Source: Clostridia bacterium (GTDB lineage: Bacteria > Bacillota > Clostridia > TANB77 > CAG-508). Taken from it: 64,000 nucleotides of DNA. Where the stretch lies: positions 10,112-74,111 of the forward strand of contig JAAVZW010000027.1 in the NCBI GenBank assembly GCA_022791835.1. Direction: 5' to 3'. Of this stretch, positions 8,621 to 19,070 are shown one piece after another. Position 1 is the stretch's first letter. Every line of letters begins with the position of its first letter. Position numbers and translations under genes: made by a program. The notes under the pieces are model-generated. The model made no database searches and was not told the origin of the DNA. It saw only the letters and a program-made list of their open reading frames with translations.

Positions 8621-9040
8621 ATGAGAGGTTATAATATTGATGATTATGTCGGTCAGAAATTCGGCAATCTTACTTTAATAAAAAACTTGAACAAAACAAA
8701 TAAAAACAATTCAAAAATAGCTCTTTTCAAATGCGACTGTGGAAATGAAAAAGAAGCAGCATTCACTCAAGTACTACATAGAGAAGTTACAAGCTGCGGT
8801 TGCATGAATCGAGACAAAAATTCTAATTTAAGACTTCAAAGCGTTAGAGACAAAAGAATAGAATTTACGAGAAATCATACTCAAAAAAATAATAAAACTG
8901 GCTGTAATGGTGTTACATATGCAAACGGAAAATATAGAGCTAGAATACAAGTAAATGGTTCTAGTATACATCTTGGATATTTTGACACTTTTGATAAAGC
9001 TGTCGAAGTGCGAAAAAAAGCTGAGAAAAAATATTTTTAA
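8621..9040 (+). CDS. HNH-like zinc-finger / AP2-domain protein (phage-type)
   Basis: N-terminal Cys cluster CDCGNE...SCGC. C-terminal GVTYANGKYRARIQVNGSSIHLGYFDTFDKAVEVRKKAE is a classic AP2 domain. Confidence 0.55.
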   Translation: MRGYNIDDYVGQKFGNLTLIKNLNKTNKNNSKIALFKCDCGNEKEAAFTQVLHREVTSCGCMNRDKNSNLRLQSVRDKRIEFTRNHTQKNNKTGCNGVTYANGKYRARIQVNGSSIHLGYFDTFDKAVEVRKKAEKKYF

Positions 9041-9047
9041 AAAAATG

Positions 9048-9076
9048 TTGACAGACTTTAAATTTTATAGTATTAT
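9048..9076 (+). promoter_or_regulatory. promoter-like TTGACA-17-TATTAT
   Basis: ttgaca 9048-9053, tattat 9071-9076. It is followed ~40 nt later by a terminator, so the pair brackets a ~55-nt unit. Confidence 0.4.
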
Positions 9077-9084
9077 AATTATGC

Positions 9085-9142
9085 AGTTACTAATCAGGGT
9101 AATTTGCACGCGAGGCGTCGTAAGCGACAGCCTTTTTATTTT
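9085..9142 (+). ncRNA. candidate ~55-nt small RNA (promoter-to-terminator unit, no ORF)
   Basis: TSS predicted near 9085. Hairpin GGCGTCG-taag-CGACAGCC followed by TTTTTATTTT at 9114-9142. Confidence 0.3.
9114..9142 (+). terminator. rho-independent terminator
   Basis: GC-rich stem ggcgtcg/cgac(a)gcc + T tract. Confidence 0.55.
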
Positions 9143-9152
9143 ATAAAAATAA

Positions 9153-9184
9153 AGACTAGACTTAGCCCCCGCTTTGTCTAGTCT
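9153..9184 (-). terminator. terminator for the minus-strand gene 9235-9639
   Basis: 9-bp perfect stem AGACTAGAC...GTCTAGTCT, followed on the minus strand by TTATTTTTAT. Confidence 0.45.
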
Positions 9185-9234
9185 GAAGTTATATATCTAA
9201 CTTTATTTTATTATAACATAATTGGAATATTTTG

Positions 9235-9639
9235 TCAATTCTTCGTATAATATATATCTACAAATACATACATGGACGACCTATCCGCCTTAGACTCTAA
9301 ACATATCATATTGTTATTAATAAACACGCCTACTGTGCTATTGTCTGTGGGTGTTAAAGGTCTTGTAGAATTTAGCGGAATTGCAGATGTCTCTAATCTC
9401 ATTATTCCTTCTATTTTTTCGTATGTAACATTACTTAATCCCGTTTGCACAGATTTTATTACATTGTTAGGTCCACTGCCACAATCTATTCTTTTTCGAT
9501 ATATACGTTTTTTGTCAATATACTCATTTGTAGCACATTCAACGTTTGTTTCAATCTCTACTTGTTTAAGTTTTTCGTTTTCCGCCTTTAATTCTGCCAC
9601 TTTTTCTTTTAATTTCATTATTTCTTCTACAAATATCAT
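9235..9639 (-). CDS. tail-fibre-associated protein, paralogue A (coiled-coil N-terminus, conserved C-terminal domain ending FVDIYYTKN)
   Basis: 134 aa. Roughly half the positions match ORF 12502..12876, including identical ATNEYID, VDCG, NVTY, VGVFI and FVDIYYTKN blocks. The start codon overlaps the stop of an upstream (AC)18-containing leader ORF. Confidence 0.6.
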   Translation of the reverse strand: MIFVEEIMKLKEKVAELKAENEKLKQVEIETNVECATNEYIDKKRIYRKRIDCGSGPNNVIKSVQTGLSNVTYEKIEGIMRLETSAIPLNSTRPLTPTDNSTVGVFINNNMICLESKADRSSMYVFVDIYYTKN

Positions 9640-9652
9640 AGCGAGTTCACCC

Positions 9653-9716
<64 letters not shown>

Positions 9717-9765
9717 TTTTATGCTACTTACAGCATTTTTGTTCATTTTATTTTTACCTCCTATT

Positions 9766-10795
9766 TTAGATAATTTCTACTTGAATTGCGTCTATTTCTT
9801 GTCCGAATATACCTGCGTATCCGTTTGTTGGATCGTTTTCATTATACTGTGTTATCCAACCTAGCCATTTGCCATTTTTTGTATGTACTCTGTACTTTGC
9901 TGTTCCCTTTGTTGCTTTTATCATTATTCCGTCTATTGCTCTGCCTTTGATGCCTGCAAAATCGTCTCCGCTTCTGTCTTTTTCTCTGTCTATAATTTCT
10001 CCTAGCCATCTTCCGTTCTTTGTATGTACTTTATAGATAAGCTTTCCTACATCGGCTTCATTTCCGCACTGTATTACCTCTAAAAGCTGTTATAGCTTGT
10101 CCGTATATTCCTGCATAGTCTTGTGTATTTAATACGTCTTGTAGCCATTTATTCGTGCATGCTTGGTATTTTACATCTATCTTTCTTTTTTCTGTAACTG
10201 TATTTTCTACTGCTTCGGTTTTGTGTTCTTCTTTTTTCTCTATGTTCAAGTATGCTAGTATTCCGTCTGCTATTCCGCTTGCTACCTTTGTTGCGTATTC
10301 TTCTGTTAAAATTAGCGGTGTATCGTGTTCGTTATCCATAAAGCCACATTCTATTAAACATGCTTTCATTTTTGTATCACGTATTATAGCAAAGTTTTGT
10401 GTCTTTACTCCTCTATTTTTCATGCCTGTTGCTTCTACTGCTTTATTATTTATAATTGTTGCTAGCCTTCCAGTTTCTCCGTTCTTACAAGCCTCATTAT
10501 ATACATAAGTTTCTATTCCAGTGCCTCCACCAGCATTATGATGTATTGATACAACAGCTTCTACATTAGCATTATTAGCATTTCTACATCTTGTGTTCAA
10601 GTCTATATCTGTATTTCCTGTGATGTCGTCTAGTCTTATAGCCTCTATGCCTTCATAGCTATTAAGTATATTGCATACTTTTGTAGCTACTCTGTTATTA
10701 ATCACCCATTCCCTTGTTTCGTTTACGTCAAATTGTTTTGCACATCTTTTTCCTGCCGTGTGTAATCCATGTCCTGCGTCTATTCCTATTTTCAT
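9766..10795 (-). CDS. endolysin: N-acetylmuramoyl-L-alanine amidase (Amidase_3) + C-terminal ChW repeats; apparent +1 frameshift near 10058
   Basis: MKIGIDAGHGLHTAGKRC... amidase_3. After the in-frame TGA at 10058 the +1 frame continues ...YKVHTKNGRWLGEII...YRVHTKNGKWLGWIT...GYAGIFGQEIDAIQVEII* (two ChW repeats). Confidence 0.7.
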
Positions 10796-10855
10796 AATAA
10801 TTCCTTCTTTCTTTTTGGTATAGTAAAAGACGTCATTGCTGACGTCTTTATATGT

Positions 10856-11404
10856 TTAATTTCCGCAACATTGTTTATATTTCTTCCCACTTCCACAAGG
10901 GCATGGGTCATTTCTTCCAATCTTTCGAGATACAGCTTGTTGCCTAGCTTTTAATTTTTGTACATAATCTGTACATTCAATAGATGGTATTCTAAAAGAA
11001 AAACATGTTTTTCCTTCATAATTAGATATTGCTAAATCCCCAAGGCCTATAACATCCATCCCTATCAATAAGTCTGAACCTTCAACTGCTGTGAATTCGG
11101 TTACTGCTACTGCTGGAATTCTTACTCTATTTGGTAATTCAATATCAACAATGTATGTATTAACATCTCTTTCTCCATTTGCAGTATTTATAGTTGCTTT
11201 TCCAGTTGGAATTAATCCACATTGTTCTACTACTTTGCTCGAAATTGCTGTGTCTGTTGCCCCTGTATCCCAAATAGCATTAAATTCTTCCTCTTTTGAT
11301 TCTTTGAATAATTCTTTATTTGCAGAAACCTTTACTTTGCTTAATAATACATTCGCCTTAGCTTGTGCTTTATAAGTAAATGCAGAAACGTGTATGTTAG
11401 CCAT
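10856..11404 (-). CDS. retropepsin-like (clan AA) aspartic protease fused to a C-terminal SEC-C zinc motif
   Basis: [12 protein letters not shown] (DTGA active-site loop), ...[12 protein letters not shown]-terminus [19 protein letters not shown] = SEC-C motif. The start overlaps the upstream gene by 8 nt. Confidence 0.6.
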   Translation of the reverse strand: MANIHVSAFTYKAQAKANVLLSKVKVSANKELFKESKEEEFNAIWDTGATDTAISSKVVEQCGLIPTGKATINTANGERDVNTYIVDIELPNRVRIPAVAVTEFTAVEGSDLLIGMDVIGLGDLAISNYEGKTCFSFRIPSIECTDYVQKLKARQQAVSRKIGRNDPCPCGSGKKYKQCCGN

Positions 11405-11639
11405 TAAATCTTACCCTCGTATGAAATGTCTGTACTTTCTTTTTTTGTAGACATTCTTGTATGATGTATGTTCCTGCTTCTATATTTTTTGCGTTTTGAA
11501 TTGCTTCTTCTAAGGTTTTATATACCCCTATCACTTTTTCGTCTTTTATAATAACAAATTTGTTTTTGTGCTTTTTAAACAATTCTTCTTGATGTTCAGT
11601 ATAATATTTATAGTTTTTATCTATTTCCATACAAATCAC
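11397..11639 (-). CDS. small hypothetical protein, 80 aa, co-transcribed with the aspartic protease
   Basis: RBS AAGAGGTG. Own TTGACA-16-TATAAT promoter upstream. No confident domain assignment. Confidence 0.5.
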   Translation of the reverse strand: MICMEIDKNYKYYTEHQEELFKKHKNKFVIIKDEKVIGVYKTLEEAIQNAKNIEAGTYIIQECLQKKKVQTFHTRVRFNG

Positions 11640-11686
11640 CTCTTTTATAGTATGAATATTTGTTAAAGAATTATTCTTATTTTACA

Positions 11687-11714
11687 ATTATATAATATTT
11701 TCTAAAAATGTCAA
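11687..11714 (-). promoter_or_regulatory. strong sigma-A promoter (TTGACA-16-TATAAT) for the moron operon 11639-10856
   Basis: Minus strand: ttgaca (11714-11709), tataat (11692-11687). Confidence 0.55.
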
Positions 11715-11779
11715 CTGTTTTGTAATATAATTGTAACATATTAGAGTAGATTTTGCAAGTTAAATTTTTCTAATGCTTA

Positions 11780-11818
11780 ACACAAGAAGATTTCTCAATT
11801 TTCTTCTTGTGTTTTATT
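11780..11818 (+). terminator. hairpin terminator (11-bp stem ACACAAGAAGA/TCTTCTTGTGT + TTTTATT)
   Basis: Perfect 11-bp inverted repeat with a 10-nt loop and T tract. Insulates the moron from the holin genes. Confidence 0.45.
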
Positions 11819-11842
11819 AATACACGAAATTAGTTCTTGTGT

Positions 11843-12148
11843 TTATTTATAGCTATTGTTCCACTTGCCGTCGTCAAGTAAATCTTTTGCTACTTTTCTT
11901 GTGTTATCATACATCATTTGTACTATTGTTTTGAAAAACTGCTCGTTTATAAAAAACTTAATCGCACTTGGTACATATGAATATAGCTTGTCACACACAT
12001 AATCAAATTTAATGTCATTCTCTTTCATATATTTTTCTACTTCTAAAAATAGTGCATTTGCCCTATTACGTATTTTTTCTACTTTGATTATCAAAAATAA
12101 AGCTAAAAATACTAATAATGCAATTCCTATCATAATTATGTATTCCAT
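11843..12148 (-). CDS. putative holin (single N-terminal TM, LL-H-like)
   Basis: 101 aa, MEYIIMIGIALLVFLALFLII TM segment. Lies between XhlA and the endolysin module. Confidence 0.4.
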   Translation of the reverse strand: MEYIIMIGIALLVFLALFLIIKVEKIRNRANALFLEVEKYMKENDIKFDYVCDKLYSYVPSAIKFFINEQFFKTIVQMMYDNTRKVAKDLLDDGKWNNSYK

Positions 12149-12483
12149 TATCTTTCACTCCTTCCTATATAAAATTTCCTAGCCCGAAGTTTTAAAGCAA
12201 TATACGTAAAAATTATTCCTAAAACGAACATTAAAGCCTTGTCTTTTATCTTTTTTCTTGTATCTTCATATTCCTTGAGCGGTTTTTCTTCTAACTGTTG
12301 TAATCTATCATTCATGTTGTTTACATCTTCACGCATTGCTTTTGTTTCTGATGCAAGTAGTTTGACTGATGAAGCAAGTTCGTGTATATCTTCTACTTTT
12401 TCTTCTAAATTGTCTATTCTATGCGTATTTGACTTTGCTCTATCTTCTACTTGCACTAGTCTTTCTCTCTCTTCTAATTCCAT
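12148..12483 (-). CDS. xhlA: XhlA-family haemolysin/holin-like protein
   Basis: 111 aa, coiled-coil N-terminus and C-terminal TM (ALMFVLGIIFTYIALKL), as in PBSX XhlA. Confidence 0.55.
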   Translation of the reverse strand: MELEERERLVQVEDRAKSNTHRIDNLEEKVEDIHELASSVKLLASETKAMREDVNNMNDRLQQLEEKPLKEYEDTRKKIKDKALMFVLGIIFTYIALKLRARKFYIGRSER

Positions 12484-12501
12484 GCTTTCCTCCTTTGACT
12501 T

Positions 12502-12876
12502 TTAATTTTTTGTATAATATATATCTACAAATATATGAAGTGCAGACCTGTCTATTTTCGTTTCAAGCATTATTTTATTGTACGATATAAATACCCCGAC
12601 GCTTGAATTATCTGTCGATTGTTGCGGTCTTGTAAAATTTATAGGAAGACCTCCATCACTTATTTGAGCTATTCCATCAATTTTTATATAAGTCACATTT
12701 CTAAGACCTGTTTCGACTTCTTTTAAAGCTGAATTTGGTGCCGCTCCGCAATCTACTCTTTTTCGATACACTCTTTTATCATCGATGTATTCATTTGTAG
12801 CATATTCAATACCTGTTTTGATTTCTATTATTTCTGTTTCTAATTCTTGTAATCTCTGCTCAATTAATTTACTCAT
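12502..12876 (-). CDS. tail-fibre-associated protein, paralogue B (see 9235-9639)
   Basis: 124 aa with the same conserved blocks and FVDIYYTKN C-terminus. Its start overlaps the stop of the fibre gene (ATGA). Confidence 0.6.
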   Translation of the reverse strand: MSKLIEQRLQELETEIIEIKTGIEYATNEYIDDKRVYRKRVDCGAAPNSALKEVETGLRNVTYIKIDGIAQISDGGLPINFTRPQQSTDNSSVGVFISYNKIMLETKIDRSALHIFVDIYYTKN

Positions 12877-12879
12877 TCA

Positions 12880-13777
12880 CTTGCACCTCGCTTTCTTGTG
12901 TTTGTGTTACTCCTCGCACTATTGCTGTTATTGTTATGTCATTGCTTAGTGTCCAGTCCTCGTCAAGTAATAGCTGTATTGTATTGCTTGTCTCTCCTTC
13001 GTTGCCGTGCTTCTACATAGTCTATGTCTTTGACTAATACTTGTCCGCATAGCAGTACCTGTAATGAGTTATTGCTTACTTGATACTTAAGCGGTAGTGT
13101 TACTATATAATTATTTGTGAGTGTTGTATTTTTTGTTATTGTGAGTAATTTTACATCTACATTTTTCAGTAAATAATTACTCATTTTGTCATTTACTATT
13201 GTTTCTACATTGTTTTCTACTGTTTCTATTTTTGTTTTCAAATCATTATAATTTGCAAGTAATTCATTTAAGTCGCTTACCATTGCATCATATCTTCGCT
13301 CTATGCTTTCTATTTCGTCTGCTCCGTGCTTGTGTTATATCGTTTAGCAGTTTTTTTGCATCTGCTTCTAACTGTGCTATTGCTTTTTCAAATCTTTCTA
13401 TATATGTTTCTGTATTATCTGATGTCATATTTTCTTTTGACGTTTTTTCTATAAATACATTCATGCAAAATGTAGACACTGTCTCTGAATTTTGTTTGAG
13501 TACTATCTCGATTTCCGCTTCTCCGTGCTATTCTTAAGCAGTCGTCTAATAATGTTACTGTGATTGTGCTATTTTCTTCATCTATACTACATTCTTGAAT
13601 AACTATAAGCTCATTCGGCTTTTTGAAAATAATATCTGCAGATAAACTACTCAAGTTTATTCCTAAGCCGTTGTCTAGTATTTTGAAAGTTAATTCTGTT
13701 GTGTCTAATTGTTTAAGCCTCAGTGTCTCATAATTTTTCACTTTCAAATCTAGCACTATTATTTCTGCTCTTTTCAT
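12880..13777 (-). CDS. BppU-family baseplate/tail-fibre protein, broken by at least 2 apparent frameshifts
   Basis: N-terminal MKRAEIIVLDLKVKNYETLRLKQLDTTELTFKILDNGLGINLS... = BppU_N-like. The coiled coil and C-terminus continue in other frames (track ORFs 13415..13777, 13288..13479, 12963..13283 and +1 frame to stop 12880). Confidence 0.5.
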
Positions 13778-13795
13778 TTGCTCTATTTCTCCTTT

Positions 13796-15899
13796 CTACT
13801 TCATATATCCGATTATGTTTAAAACCGCTTTTGCTTCTCCCGTTTGCTGATAGCCTGATATGTTCGGATTTGCCACAGTACCTGCGGCAGGTGCGTTGTT
13901 AGCTGTTTGAACTACCAAAACTGTTCTTCTTGAATTAAGATAATTCTTAATATCTATACTTTCTATTGTTTCTAGTTTACAATTTGAGTTTGAAGCTGCG
14001 GATGCTGTGAAACCATTTGCACCAAATGCGTTTTGTATTTCCATTAAGTTATTATAATAGCTCTCTCCAAATTCGCCACCAAATGCTGTTGCTGTTATTA
14101 TTGCATCTAGTGTTGTTATTTTATATAGTTTCAAATTTCTTGAATATCCCCATACATTGCGTGTTATATCGTCTTTATCCCTGTAATCCCAATAAATTGG
14201 TCTATGTTCTAGCAATATTTTTGCACTTTGTATAACAAAATTTTCGGGAATATTAACATCTAAAGTTAATCTACTTTTGTAGTATTGCTCCAGTATCCAT
14301 GTATAGCCGCAAAATCCACTATCGTAATACTGAAAATTACTTAATACTCCATTTCCACCGATTAACTTAGAGCCATTTAGCAGTGAAATTCCTTCGTTGT
14401 CCGCTATTATTTTGTCTATTGCATTTTCGTCTTTAATTATCATTCTTCCTCTTCCGTTGTTGTTTCCTCCTAAAATTAAGTCACTTCCAAACAATCTGCT
14501 TAAGCTCATTGAACCTGCTTTAATTATGTTCGCGTTAAGAGTTCCGAGCTGTTATGAAATCTGCAACAATTGCCCCGTCCATTGTCATTGCTGTCCCGAA
14601 CGTGCCGTTCAAGCCATTTTTTGAATATCCTAATCCATTTAGATTAAACATCCAAATTTTTTGTGCGGTATTTATATCGTCTGTATCCATGCATAGCAGC
14701 ATGTTCGGCTTATAATACATATTGCCTTCTGTTGCATTTTTTAGGAGTTCACTTGCATTTTGTTTTGCTTGGGTTAATACGTTTGTTTCAAGATTCGCCG
14801 TTTCTTTTTTTACTGCATTAGATATATTCTTATTTGTGTCTGTGATATAATTTGCTTTAAATTCGCCGTAGCTCTAATTTTGTAAATCTTTTATATAAAG
14901 CATCATATACGGTTTTTATTACTCTTACTTTTACCTTTATTCGGTCTAGAACTACTGTTACTGTATCTCCTAGCTTAACTTTTGATAAAAATTCATAGTC
15001 CTGGTATTCTATTGTTTTAGACAAGTCTACAAAATCAACTTTTACATTGATTTGCGGTTTATCTATATTGTTTTGAGAAAACTCTGCAGCTGCTCTTTTT
15101 CTTAATTCTGCATAACATTCGTTTAATGTTGCATATCCTTCTTGGTCGTTTTCGTTTTCTTTTAGCTTAATATCAGAGTAGTCTATTTGTCCAATTTTTG
15201 GATTCGGATATTCATTAATTAGCGGGCTGTCTATATATTTTTCGGGTAACATTAAGCCGTTGTAGCCGCATTGGTCTTAATCTAGTAATTACATTTGTAT
15301 CCTCTTTTGCGAATTTTAGTCCTGTTATATTTTTTCTATATTTGATTTTATAACCACTGTCTTCGCCTCGTCTACTTAACATCTTGATTGTGAAGTTGTC
15401 TCTTACAATCTCTCCGTCCCCAAATGTTTACGAAACTATTGTCTATATCTCCTAATACCGCTTCTATGATATTTTTTCTAACATATCTTGCACTTGCCTT
15501 TTTTGATATATCAGAAAAGCTTTTAAATCTGTGTGAATATTGTGTATGAGTTAGTATCCAGTCAAGAGCTACATTACCGTCTAAATTTTGCGGGAAAGTA
15601 TCGTCCAAAGCATTATCTACTAAGTCATACGATATATGCTGTAAGTTTGCTGTTATTGTAGATAAGCTTTCATTATAATTTTTTACTCTGAAGAGCTGCC
15701 TTTCTGTAGCTCCTGTATCTAACTTAACAATCATATCGTTATCTATATAATTTGAGTATTTGCAATTTTTGGGATATTCGAAATCTACTGTGAATTCTCC
15801 ATTTAGTTCTTCCGTAACTTCGCATTTTATAGTATCTCGTAGGCTTCCTATCCCGTTGTTATTGAAATTCGTTTCTTTTGAGTTATACAAATTAATCAT
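13796..15899 (-). CDS. tail-associated lysin / tail endopeptidase (Tal), broken by at least 3 apparent frameshifts
   Basis: N-terminus MINLYNSKETNFNNNGIGSLRDTIKCEV... (phage minor structural/endopeptidase N-domain). Frame changes at the GGGG run near 15397 and near 15300 (NVITRLRP / YGYNGLMLPEKYI). Track ORFs 15372..15899, 14857..15252, 14535..14720, 13796..14509. Confidence 0.55.
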
Positions 15900-16585
15900 A
15901 TGAAAGCCTCCTCGTATTTTATTTGAATACTAGAGACATTACCTGTCCAGTTTACATGATTTTCTCCACTTACAAGTTTTGGGAATTCTTCACACTCTAC
16001 TTGATTATTACAACTTGAAAAATATTTGTAAGCTTCTTCTAGTTCACAGTTTAATTCGATATATTCATTTACGTTTTTTAGAATTACTGATTTGTTATTT
16101 ATTGTTAGCGTTATATTTCCGCTTCCTTCGATTTTTATGAGTGGGTATATATCGTATGTACTTTCTGTAATAATAATCGTTGTAGGTTCAAATATGTCAA
16201 TTTCTTTTTCTCTAACACTATGTGCAATCGGTTGTACTTCAAAGTTCACTATAAATTCGTTGCAAACTCTATATATCTGTTCGAAATCAATTTGATTTTT
16301 TATTATTACGTCATAGTATTTATCTGTTTCTGTACAAATTATTAGTTTTCCGCTTCCATTTAGCCATTTTGAAATCTTTCGTATATTTGCTCCTGGCATT
16401 AATGTACATGTAATGCTATATTCGAATGTTTTATAACTTTGATTGTCTATATATGTTTTTCCGTTTCGCCCTGGAATTTCTATTTCTTCATAGCTTCGCT
16501 CTGCTTTAGAAACAGGAGGAAGCTTATTTACAACAACTTTCATATCTTTGCTATTTATATTATTAAAAATAAAAAAAGGTATCAA
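15896..16585 (-). CDS. distal tail protein (Dit)
   Basis: 229 aa, position between TMP and Tal, size and composition typical of Sipho_tail/Dit. Confidence 0.55.
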   Translation of the reverse strand: MIPFFIFNNINSKDMKVVVNKLPPVSKAERSYEEIEIPGRNGKTYIDNQSYKTFEYSITCTLMPGANIRKISKWLNGSGKLIICTETDKYYDVIIKNQIDFEQIYRVCNEFIVNFEVQPIAHSVREKEIDIFEPTTIIITESTYDIYPLIKIEGSGNITLTINNKSVILKNVNEYIELNCELEEAYKYFSSCNNQVECEEFPKLVSGENHVNWTGNVSSIQIKYEEAFI

Positions 16586-16586
16586 A

Positions 16587-18661
16587 TCAAGCTCCTCCTT
16601 TTGCTAATTGTGCCTTTTGAAATACAAAGGCTAATTCTTCGCCTAACTCTTTTATATCTTCTTTTGAGTTATTTACAAATGTATCTATGTTTAAAATTAA
16701 TTGAAATTGCTTTTTATCTTTTCTGTCTCTACCTTTGTTTTCGTCTTTATTTTTATCCTCTGCTTTTCTTGGTTTCTGTAAATTTCTATTATACTCTGCA
16801 TTTTCTTCTTTTGTTAAAACTCTTTCGCCTTTATGCAAAAATGCTGCGTAGTCGTCTTCGGGAACATAGTCAATACCTACTTTTAATTTTGGTATCTCTT
16901 TGATATGAATGCCGAATCCTCCGTACTCCTGGTACCCAATCTGGTATTTTTATTTTATTAAGTCCTCGAATAAATGCATTTATCGCACCTATTATCCAAT
17001 TTATCGGCGTTTTGAATATATTTCCAAGTGCATTAGCAATATTTGAAAATATATTTTTTACACCTTCCCAAGCACCTTTCCAGGAGTTCATAAATACATT
17101 TTTAACAAAGTCTATTATCTTTTTAAATGTATTGATTACACCTGATATTATGTTACCGATTGTTTCAAACGCTTTTCCGAAAACATTACTTAGAATGTTT
17201 GCTACTACTGACAATGCACTTTGCAAAGGCGGTAGTATTGTTTTGATTATAGTGTTAAACAAATTTATGATTGGCGGTAGTATTATGTTTATTAATTTTA
17301 AGAGCGGTTGCAACAACGTCATAAACAAATCTATTATAGGTTTTAATAGCTGTATTAAAGGCTCTAGCAGTTGTAATATTGGTTGTAGTAGCTGTATTAT
17401 TATTGGCAAAACTGCTTGTATTATTTGCATTATCGGCGGTAAGAGTGTATTTATTAAGTCTATTAGAACTGGCAGTATTGCTTCTAATATCTGAGATACG
17501 AAAGGTATTATCTGATTAAGTAAATCGAATAATACAGGCATTATAGTTTGTACTAATTGCATCATCGGGGGAAGCAAGTTTGCAAATAAATCAGTTATTA
17601 TAGGTGTCATTTGCCCTATTATTCCTTCTATTGCAGGCATATTACTCATAATAAATTGTACTATTTGTTCTAAAATTGGCATCAATGCATTACCTAGTGG
17701 CAACGTTAGCATTTCAACATTTCTTTTCAATCCTTCGAACATGTCTGATAGATTGTCATACTTTATCTCTTTAATTTTGTTCATTGTGTCTGCTGTTCCA
17801 TTAAATCCTGTTTGCATTTCTCCTAGTGATGTTACTACTTGTGGCCCTAAGTCTTCCCACATTGTACCAAATAAGTCTACACCTATTACATTTTGTTCTA
17901 CTGCATCGTCTACATCTCCAAGTTTTTGAACTACTTCCATAAATGCATTTCTAGCTGTCTCCCCACCTTGTGCAAACCTAGATGCCATGTCGTCTGCGTT
18001 TAGCCCTAACTTTGTAAACCCTTCTATTGTTGTATTTGAGCCGTCCACCGCACGAATGCTAAATTCTTTTACTGCATCTCCTATTTTGTCTAAATTAAAC
18101 GCTCCGTTCTCACTTCCTGTTTTAAATATAGCAAACATATCCTCTGCTGAGAAGCCTAGTTTTTCAAACTGTACGCTATATTCATTTATGTTGTCTATGA
18201 ATTCTCCTGAAAAATCTAATCCTTCTTGCATTCCGCTGTGCAATTAGATTAAACGCTTGCTTTCCGTCTACTCCAAAATGGTCCATAAGAGCCTTTGTAG
18301 CTCTTACTGATTCTGACACTTCAATATCAAATGTGTCTCTTAAAGCAAGTGCATCTTCTGTTATTTCTTGTAGTTCATTATCGTTCATATCTCCTAATTG
18401 CATTTTTACTTGTGCCATACTATCTGCAATATCTTGAAAGTCTTCTCCATAGTTATTTTTATATATATTTTTCAAAACTTCTTCATATTGCTCTGTTGCT
18501 TCTTCTGCTGTACCTGTTGTAACAATATAGCTGTTCATAGCTTTGTCTATGTCTTTTGCTGTATTTACTGCCATTCCACCTATTGCAGCTCCTGCTGTTA
18601 TTGCTGCTGTTCCTATTGCTGCTCCCCACTTGGCGGCAGTTTTGGCGACATTACCAAACAT
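16587..18661 (-). CDS. tape measure protein, with 2 apparent frameshifts (near 18240 and 16850)
   Basis: Track ORFs 18182..18661, 16870..18243 and 16587..16838 join into one protein. Internal degenerate LxxLLxPIIQ repeats. C-terminus ...IPKLKVGIDYVPEDDYAAFLHKGERVL is TMP-typical. Confidence 0.7.
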
Positions 18662-18747
18662 AGCACCTAGCCCTTGTCCGCTTTTTGTCTGTTTTCTCTA
18701 GCTTTTCGTCCGCTTCTGTTGTATCTACGAATATACTTCCGAAAAGT

Positions 18748-19053
18748 TTAAATATTTCCATTTTTGCCACCTGCCTTCTCTTGCTGTTTTTCATATGCTT
18801 CTACAATAGTAAGACCTTGTTTGATTATTTCCTCGTCTGTTAGCTTACTATTTTTAGTACTTACTTGTACTTTTTGTAGTATTTTTTCTTTATACTCTTT
18901 AAACGAAATAAATTCTATTTTTCCTATTTCCATGTAAGGATATAGAGTTAACCATCGCTCGTAAACTTCTTTTTCTTGAGCATATCGTAAAAAATCCGCT
19001 AGTTTTGATAGCGGATAATTTTTAATATTAGCCATGCCGAAATGTTTATTCAA
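18748..19053 (-). CDS. tail assembly chaperone, T-like second ORF (G/GT pair)
   Basis: 101-aa ORF immediately after the 113-aa G-like ORF and before the TMP. Confidence 0.45.
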   Translation of the reverse strand: MNKHFGMANIKNYPLSKLADFLRYAQEKEVYERWLTLYPYMEIGKIEFISFKEYKEKILQKVQVSTKNSKLTDEEIIKQGLTIVEAYEKQQEKAGGKNGNI

Positions 19054-19070
19054 AAGATATATTATTTCTT

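Noticed and set aside
12877-12962. Non-coding gap between fibre ORF 12963..13283 and gene 12502..12876
   Set aside because: An alternative frame reads straight through (…EGETSNTIQLLLDEDWTLSNDITITAIVRGVTQTQESEVQVNE*) to a stop overlapping the next ATG. It is therefore the fibre C-terminus displaced by a frameshift, not intergenic DNA.
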